Shown piece by piece: positions 57,914 through 64,000 of a DNA stretch of 64,000 nucleotides (positions are counted from its first letter, which is position 1; the number at the start of each line of letters is the position of its first letter). Position numbers and translations under genes: made by a program. The notes under the pieces are model-generated. The model was given only the letters and a program-made list of their open reading frames with translations. It had not been told where the DNA came from and made no database searches. Source of the stretch: Nitrosopumilus sp. (lineage in GTDB: Archaea > Thermoproteota > Nitrososphaeria > Nitrososphaerales > Nitrosopumilaceae); assembly GCA_965224195.1 (NCBI GenBank), contig OZ245040.1, forward strand, positions 1,760,001 to 1,824,000, in the 5' to 3' direction.

Positions 57914-59971
57914 TTATTCATCAGTTTTATTGAGTTGTTCTTTCTTTCTTTTTAATGCTGCAAAAATTCCTATAATTGCTGCAAACCAAATTGCACTAAA
58001 CATCATATTTGCAGGACTGACATACATGTATGGAGTTGCATCCATAATGTTGATTTTTAATATAGCAGCTCTCTCATCCAGATCCAACATACCGGTATTA
58101 TAATCATCAGTTGTTTTTGTAACAGAGGAAAACTGGTCTATGTCAGAAATCATTGAAGCAATATTATTCTGAATTCTAAGAAAATTGGTAGATTCGGTTC
58201 CAAATATCCAAACAGGGTTTTTTGAAATAATTTTACCCTCAGGATCTAATGTTTCAGGCAAATTCGCCATTACGATATCTAAATCAGATTGTATCGCGAC
58301 TAAATGTTCACGCACCATAACAGGATCTGATGAAGATACAATTCCATCAAGATTTCCTCGAATTCTATCAAGAGGGTAAATATCAGAATTATATCCAGAA
58401 ATTGCCATATATCCTCCAAAAATAATAATTGCTAGTATTCCAATCATGGAAAGTTTGTAAACAGTATTTGCCATTTTTTCCTTCTTAGTTCTTGGTCGAT
58501 TATCACTTGATTTATTTCTTTTAAATCTAGTATGAGACACACTCAGGTATGCAATGAAAAAAAAGCCAATAGTTTGAAGAGTAATGATTGGTACAAACAC
58601 AGGATTGTTTGAAAAGATTGCAATGAAAATTCCCATTATTCCATAAACTCCAAAAAATATTTCTAGCAGAGTTGTTTGTGTAAATGGTAAATTATACGCC
58701 TTGTCTTTCCAATCATCTTTTTTTGTTACAATTCCATATTTTGGAGTTCTGTGAAATTCATTTTTCTTACCAAGTATTGCATCAAATACTGCTACGGTAT
58801 TATTAACAGACATACCAGCATTATAGATGAGTAATGCTGGAAGTAATTTTACTTTAGATTTCCATGACTTGTTATACATTCCCTGAATAACTAAAACATA
58901 TGCACCTGGCCCCATTGCAAGATATGCTGCAATTGTCAATGCAGGTAGAACACTTACAACATAAAGATTAACTTGTGCTGCTAGCAATACGGGTAATGAT
59001 AAAAATTGTATCAATACTAGAGGGTAAACAATATGACGAGTGAGTTGAATGAATGCCTGAATTTTAGCTTCAATAGCAACATTACGTTTTAGAGCAACAT
59101 CAGAAAGTAATTTTATTGCACATTGTATTGATCCTTTTGCCCAACGGAATTGCTGTCTTTTTGCCCCATTCATTTGTGCAGGCAATTCAGCATCAACTAC
59201 AATATCAGGTAAGAACAAACATTTCCAACCTTTCATTTGCGCACGATAGCTTAGATCAAGGTCCTCTACAAGTGTGGCAGTATGCCAACCTCCAGCATCC
59301 TCAATACAGTCACGTCTCCAAATACCTGCAGTTCCGTTAAAATTCATGAAAAGGTGGGAATTACTTTTAGCTTTCTGCTCTACAAGGAAATGGAAATCAA
59401 TACTGAGGGCTTGCACTTGAGTAATTGTAGAATAATCTTCATTGATATGTCCCCACCTACATTGAACTAGACCAATGTTTGATGTTGCAAAATGAGGTAT
59501 TGCTCTTTTAAGAAACCAAGTAGGGGGAATAAAATCAGCATCAAATATTGCAACAAGTTCTGTATCAGTTGTTTTCATTGCATGTTTTAATGCACCTGCT
59601 TTGTACCCTCTTCTGGTTCCACGTCTCACATGTTCAATTTGATATCCCTCTTTTTTGTAACCATCAACTACACCGCGAAGTAATTCAACGGTATCATCAT
59701 CTGAATCGTCACATACCATTATTTTCATTTTATCTTTTGGGTAATCCATATGACAAACTGCATCAACAAGTCGTTGTGCTACATATTTTTCATTGTAAAT
59801 TGGTAATTGTATTGTAATAGTCGGAGTTCCCCAATCAACTGTAGGGTAAGATTCTTTCCTTGTTCTTGAAAGAAATGCAAGATAGTAGAAATTAACTGTG
59901 TAAGCTGTAATAATTATAGCAGATAAAATAAACAGATCAAATACAAATGAAGTGAAAGGATTGATTGCCAT
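57914..59971 (-). CDS. GT2 processive glycosyltransferase (cellulose synthase-like)
   Basis: 'DDSDD', 'KAGAL', 'FDADF', 'VEDLD', 'QQFRW'; multiple TMs. Confidence 0.92.
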   Translation of the reverse strand: MAINPFTSFVFDLFILSAIIITAYTVNFYYLAFLSRTRKESYPTVDWGTPTITIQLPIYNEKYVAQRLVDAVCHMDYPKDKMKIMVCDDSDDDTVELLRGVVDGYKKEGYQIEHVRRGTRRGYKAGALKHAMKTTDTELVAIFDADFIPPTWFLKRAIPHFATSNIGLVQCRWGHINEDYSTITQVQALSIDFHFLVEQKAKSNSHLFMNFNGTAGIWRRDCIEDAGGWHTATLVEDLDLSYRAQMKGWKCLFLPDIVVDAELPAQMNGAKRQQFRWAKGSIQCAIKLLSDVALKRNVAIEAKIQAFIQLTRHIVYPLVLIQFLSLPVLLAAQVNLYVVSVLPALTIAAYLAMGPGAYVLVIQGMYNKSWKSKVKLLPALLIYNAGMSVNNTVAVFDAILGKKNEFHRTPKYGIVTKKDDWKDKAYNLPFTQTTLLEIFFGVYGIMGIFIAIFSNNPVFVPIITLQTIGFFFIAYLSVSHTRFKRNKSSDNRPRTKKEKMANTVYKLSMIGILAIIIFGGYMAISGYNSDIYPLDRIRGNLDGIVSSSDPVMVREHLVAIQSDLDIVMANLPETLDPEGKIISKNPVWIFGTESTNFLRIQNNIASMISDIDQFSSVTKTTDDYNTGMLDLDERAAILKINIMDATPYMYVSPANMMFSAIWFAAIIGIFAALKRKKEQLNKTDE

Positions 59972-60023
59972 ATCCCTAAATTCAAAGAATTACTAATCGC
60001 TATTTAAATTGCAAGAAATTAAA

Positions 60024-60971
60024 TTATTTTTGTTCGTAAATCTTGATTGCTTGTGGAGGGCATACACCTTCACATGCAAGACAGAAAATACAATCAGGTT
60101 CTTTTGACATTAACGGTTTTTGTTCTGATCCAGGATTTCCAGGAGAATCAAACCATTCGTATACATCAACAGGGCATGCTTCAAGGCATCCACCATCGGC
60201 TATACAAATATCATAATCTACTGAAACAAATTCCCCCCAGACACCCATGATACCATTACTTGTACCTCTTCTTCCCCAAGTTTTGATTGTGTGTTCAGGA
60301 GCTTCATATGCTGCAGAAGATTTCATTTTTGATTTGTAATCAACATCAATTGGTCCAGGTTTTGACCCGTCTGGAATTTCAATTTCACTATCATCTTCTT
60401 CGTCACCTTCTTCTTTTGCTTCTACAGGTTTTGGTTTTCCACCAAGAACAATTTTTGCAAGAGGAGTTAGTTCTTCTAGTTTTTGAATTGCAGCAATTTC
60501 AGAAATTTTTTCAGTTTTTACATAATAAGAAACCATTTTGTCAGCCAAGATAGTATTTCGTAAAATAGTATCAATTACCATTTTAGCAAAATGGTCAGCC
60601 TTTTTTCTATAATCTCTAACCCAATTAGGGTCACCGAATTTTTCGATTGGGAAAATTTGATAAATAATATCTACAACTTCACCAGTAACAATTTCTACAG
60701 TAACTGACAAATCAACTTCTTGGTATCCTTTAGCATCAGGATCAGCCATGTTTTGTTCTTTCCAACGATATGTCGCATAAATCCTATCAGCATACATGTC
60801 CATTTCAAATGCTTTTTTGAGACCATCATGGACAGATTTTAGTTCAACTGGATCTTCGAGTTTAATTGGTAAACGGTATAGTCCAAGTTTGAAACCATGT
60901 AAAGGATAAACACCACGTTTTGCAGTTGCGGCCTCCATTGAATAAACTCGATCTTTTAGGAGTAAAGACAT
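60024..60971 (-). CDS. Dicluster ferredoxin domain fused to an uncharacterised N-terminal domain
   Basis: 'CIADGGCLEACP' and 'CIFCLACEGVCP'. Confidence 0.88.
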   Translation of the reverse strand: MSLLLKDRVYSMEAATAKRGVYPLHGFKLGLYRLPIKLEDPVELKSVHDGLKKAFEMDMYADRIYATYRWKEQNMADPDAKGYQEVDLSVTVEIVTGEVVDIIYQIFPIEKFGDPNWVRDYRKKADHFAKMVIDTILRNTILADKMVSYYVKTEKISEIAAIQKLEELTPLAKIVLGGKPKPVEAKEEGDEEDDSEIEIPDGSKPGPIDVDYKSKMKSSAAYEAPEHTIKTWGRRGTSNGIMGVWGEFVSVDYDICIADGGCLEACPVDVYEWFDSPGNPGSEQKPLMSKEPDCIFCLACEGVCPPQAIKIYEQK

Positions 60972-61007
60972 CTGAGTCTAGTAATCTTATTTTAGATAAA
61001 AAGGTTA

Positions 61008-61319
61008 TCAGTCGTCATCATCAGGGCATGTGAGTTCTCGCAGTTCAGTGTATTTTTTCTCCATCGCTTCTGCGTGAACCATTACCTTTGATAGATCATA
61101 GGAATCCTTTGCAAAATACCAACGAATTGGAACCCAATGACCAATTCCATCCATATCATGGATCATTCCTTTATCGGCCTTGACATTAATTTTTTCATCA
61201 ATAGATGTTTCTTTAATTTCAAGACCACGTTTTGTTTTGTCCTCCATGATAATATCAAACTCACCATCTTTGACAAAATAGAAAGTACCTTTCTCAAGAA
61301 CAGGAAGGTCTAAAAGCAA
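61008..61319 (-). CDS. Hypothetical protein
   Basis: 103-aa ORF between sulfurtransferase and ferredoxin genes. Confidence 0.7.
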   Translation of the reverse strand: MLLDLPVLEKGTFYFVKDGEFDIIMEDKTKRGLEIKETSIDEKINVKADKGMIHDMDGIGHWVPIRWYFAKDSYDLSKVMVHAEAMEKKYTELRELTCPDDDD

Positions 61320-61320
61320 T

Positions 61321-62166
61321 TTATTTTTCCACTGGATTTCCTATCATGTTTCCCCATTCAGTCCAGGAACCATCGTAGTTTCTAACTTTTGGGTATCCAA
61401 GTAGATATTTCAATACAAACCAACTATGTGAAGAACGTTCACCAATTCTACAATAACAAATTACATCTTTATCAGGAGTAACTCCTTTTGGCTCATAATT
61501 TTGTTTTAATTCTTCAACTGCTTTAAAAGTACCATCTGCATCATTAACTGCAGTTGCCCAAGGAATATTGTTTGCATCAGGTATATGACCGCCTCTTTGT
61601 GCATGCTCCATTGGATATTCTGGAGGAGCAGTAATTTGACCAGTAAATTCTGCAGGAGATCTTACATCTACCAATACAGTGTCTTCTTTTCCTAAAGCTC
61701 TACTAACATCAAATAGATATGCACGTAATCCCTCGTCTGGAGGTTGTCCAACATAAGTTGCCGATGCTAGTTGAGGTTCATCAGTAGTGTACTCTTTGTT
61801 TTCTAATTCCCATTTTTTTCTTCCACCGTTCATGATCTTTAAATTTTCATGGCCATAGATTTTGAAAACCCAGAAAACAAATGCTGCAAACCAATTGTTA
61901 AAGTCACCATAAAGAATGACTTCAGTATCTGCAGTAATTCCATTTTTAGCCATTAATGCTTCAAATTCTTTTTTACTAATGATATCTCTTGTAACAGGAT
62001 CATTAATGTCTCGTTTCCACCAAATTAAACTGGCACCATTAATGTGACCTTTTTGATATCCATTTACAGGATCATAATCAACTTCGACTAATTTCCTTTT
62101 CTCATTAGGAGGATTTTGTGATACCCATTCTGTATCAACTAAAACTTCAGGGTGTGCGTAATTCAT
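61321..62166 (-). CDS. Tandem-domain rhodanese/thiosulfate sulfurtransferase
   Basis: 'YAHPEVLVDTEW', 'GHIP', 'YCRIGERS', 'YDGSWTEW'. Confidence 0.94.
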   Translation of the reverse strand: MNYAHPEVLVDTEWVSQNPPNEKRKLVEVDYDPVNGYQKGHINGASLIWWKRDINDPVTRDIISKKEFEALMAKNGITADTEVILYGDFNNWFAAFVFWVFKIYGHENLKIMNGGRKKWELENKEYTTDEPQLASATYVGQPPDEGLRAYLFDVSRALGKEDTVLVDVRSPAEFTGQITAPPEYPMEHAQRGGHIPDANNIPWATAVNDADGTFKAVEELKQNYEPKGVTPDKDVICYCRIGERSSHSWFVLKYLLGYPKVRNYDGSWTEWGNMIGNPVEK

Positions 62167-62256
62167 AATGGATACGGATTTGTGTTCATACTTATTTGTT
62201 TTTCCAAAAAATAGGGAAAATATCATTTTTATGTAAACATAATTCAGAAGAACTGC

Positions 62257-63072
62257 TTGAAATTACAAAAAGTAGCAGTAGTTAGTAAGGTAGGTTCCAA
62301 AGATTCAGAGCAAGCTGCAAAAGAGGTCACAAAAAAGCTACTAGCCAAAAAATCAACCGTATTTACCATTTCTCCAATTGAAGTTGAAGGTGCAAAACAA
62401 ATGGAAACTTTGGAGGAATTAAAGAAGGAAAAATTAGATTTGGTAATTACTTTAGGCGGAGATGGAACAACACTTCGCGTATTTAGAAACTTGGAAAATG
62501 AAACCCCAATTCTAACTATCAATGTAGGAGGGAATAGAGGGATTTTAGCAGAAATTACAATTGAAGAAATAGATCAGGCAATTAACCAAATTTTAAAAGA
62601 CAAATTCTTTTTAGATAAAAGAACCAGAGTCGTTGCATCTTGTGGAGGAAAAGAATTTCCACCAGCATTAAACGAAATTTACATCACTAGAACAAATTTA
62701 ACTAAAACTGCAGAAATTAAAATTAAATTTCAAGATGACATAGTCAAACAAAAAATGGATGGAGTGATCATTGCAACACCTAGCGGTTCTACAGGTCACT
62801 CTTTTTCATTAGGAGGTCCAATTTTGCATGAAAGTTTAGATGTCTTAATTATAACACCTGTTGCTCCAGTGTATAGATTAGCATCATTGATTGTTCCAGA
62901 TGAAAAAATTGAAATTGTATGTTCTCATGATTGCAATATTGCAATGGATGCACAAGTAGTCAAAGCAGTAGGATATGAAGAACCAATCACCATTAAAAAA
63001 TACAAAAAACCTGCAGTCTTTCTAAGATTAAAGAAAAGAGGACTGAGACAGATGAGCAAACTTGGATTTTAG
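62257..63072 (+). CDS. nadK: NAD kinase
   Basis: 'LGGDGT', 'ALNE', 'DGVIIATPSGSTGHS.SLGGP'. Confidence 0.94.
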   Translation: MKLQKVAVVSKVGSKDSEQAAKEVTKKLLAKKSTVFTISPIEVEGAKQMETLEELKKEKLDLVITLGGDGTTLRVFRNLENETPILTINVGGNRGILAEITIEEIDQAINQILKDKFFLDKRTRVVASCGGKEFPPALNEIYITRTNLTKTAEIKIKFQDDIVKQKMDGVIIATPSGSTGHSFSLGGPILHESLDVLIITPVAPVYRLASLIVPDEKIEIVCSHDCNIAMDAQVVKAVGYEEPITIKKYKKPAVFLRLKKRGLRQMSKLGF

Positions 63073-63547
63073 AATTTTAGACGCTAGTGCATTTTATGCA
63101 GGAGTTCCTTTCAGATCATCAGAGGACTGTTACACAACATCATTAGTTTATGAAGAAATTAAACACATAAAGAAAAACCATGGCGCTTTAGGAACTTTGC
63201 TTGAAACTAACAGATTAAAAATTAGAGAACCTGATCTAGAATCAATAAAAATTGCAATCAAATCATCAAAAAATACAGGAGATTTTCCTCAGTTATCAAA
63301 ACAAGATATTTCCATTATTGCATTAGGCATCAACATGAAAGGTCAAATAATTAGTGATGATTTTGCAATTTCAAATGTAGCTAAAAATTTAGGTCTAGAA
63401 ATCATACCTATCATGACTAAAGGTATCAAGGATGTTGGGAAATGGATTCACTATTGTCCTGGATGTAGAACTAATCATACAACAGGAAAAGAATGTCCAA
63501 TGTGTGGAACTCCACTAAAAAGAAAATTACTCAAACAAATCAGTTGA
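63062..63547 (+). CDS. nob1: NOB1 rRNA-processing endonuclease (PIN domain plus Zn ribbon)
   Basis: 'ILDASAF', 'LSKQD', 'SDDFAISNVA', CPGC..CPMCG. Confidence 0.9.
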   Translation: MDFRILDASAFYAGVPFRSSEDCYTTSLVYEEIKHIKKNHGALGTLLETNRLKIREPDLESIKIAIKSSKNTGDFPQLSKQDISIIALGINMKGQIISDDFAISNVAKNLGLEIIPIMTKGIKDVGKWIHYCPGCRTNHTTGKECPMCGTPLKRKLLKQIS

Positions 63548-63580
63548 AATTAGATATAATTTGAAATTAATTTAACCCCA

Positions 63581-64000
63581 TCAAGAATCATGTAAAGTTT
63601 TTTGATTTGATGCTTTTAGAAATTTACTTTTAGTATCCAGGGTTTTTTTAATTTTTTTTGCACGAGCATCACCCAAACCTTCAACTTTTGCCAATTCAGC
63701 AGTAGTAGCACTAAAAACTTTCAAAGGAGTTCCAAATTTTGTTAGCATTCTAACTGCAAATTTTTCTCCAATTCCAGGTAAACTACAAAGGACTGAAAGC
63801 TGTTGTTTTCCCAAATCAGAAGATTTTTTTATCTTTTTCAGATACGGACCCTTTGGAGCATCTTTTCTAGAACACATTGATACCAAAAGTTTAGCAGTAT
63901 GTGCAGCGCTAGGTGTTGGAATTACAGGGATTTTAAAATCAAGAACTACAGTTGATAGTGCACCATAAAAAATCAGAGGGTTTTCAGTAATCTCTTCAAT
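63581..64000 (-). CDS. XPF/ERCC4 structure-specific nuclease, C-terminal part with (HhH)2; truncated by the window edge
   Basis: Frame open to 64000 ('FYGALSTVVLDFKIPVIPT'); 'LPGIGEK', 'VEGLGDARAKKI'. Confidence 0.88.
   Translation of the reverse strand: MEEITENPLIFYGALSTVVLDFKIPVIPTPSAAHTAKLLVSMCSRKDAPKGPYLKKIKKSSDLGKQQLSVLCSLPGIGEKFAVRMLTKFGTPLKVFSATTAELAKVEGLGDARAKKIKKTLDTKSKFLKASNQKTLHDS

Noticed and set aside
112-62522. Numerous short antisense or overlapping ORFs in the track (e.g. 792-1130, 17329-17772, 24050-24622, 27532-28017, 56845-57309)
   Set aside because: Shadow frames of well-supported genes with no motifs of their own

Overview
This is an AT-rich archaeal chromosome segment. 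The gene content (uL16/L10e, tRNA splicing endonuclease, NOB1, XPF/ERCC4, intron-containing tRNA-Leu, SbtAB, IPDWIKxNAGWW-repeat exported protein) points to a Nitrosopumilus-like ammonia-oxidising archaeon; this assignment is an inference. Core regions carry tetrapyrrole genes (sirC, hemA, hemB, hemL-hemC-cobA-hemD), a SUF Fe-S cluster, pgk, arsenic, bicarbonate and phosphate transport genes, and three tRNAs. There are two accessory events. (1) A 1066-bp IS5-family element with a TA target duplication interrupts a PMT/ArnT-like glycosyltransferase. (2) A ~13.9-kb element is integrated at the 3' end of tRNA-Glu(CTC), with 15-bp att repeats at 38078 and 51961, and its tyrosine integrase is broken by one in-frame stop. 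The most striking cargo is an intact three-gene operon encoding a wHTH regulator, a Ser/Thr kinase fused to a P-loop (ORC/Cdc6/STAND-like) ATPase, and a protein made of two tandem CARF-like Rossmann repeats; it is a candidate undescribed kinase-based anti-viral or signalling system. It sits next to an HNH pseudogene and a Zn-ribbon-NERD nuclease. Features missing from the ORF track include a metallothionein-like 48-aa ORF, several Zn-finger micro-ORFs, a C/D-box sRNA and several operator-like palindromes. All family assignments are from motif recognition by eye; no database searches were run.
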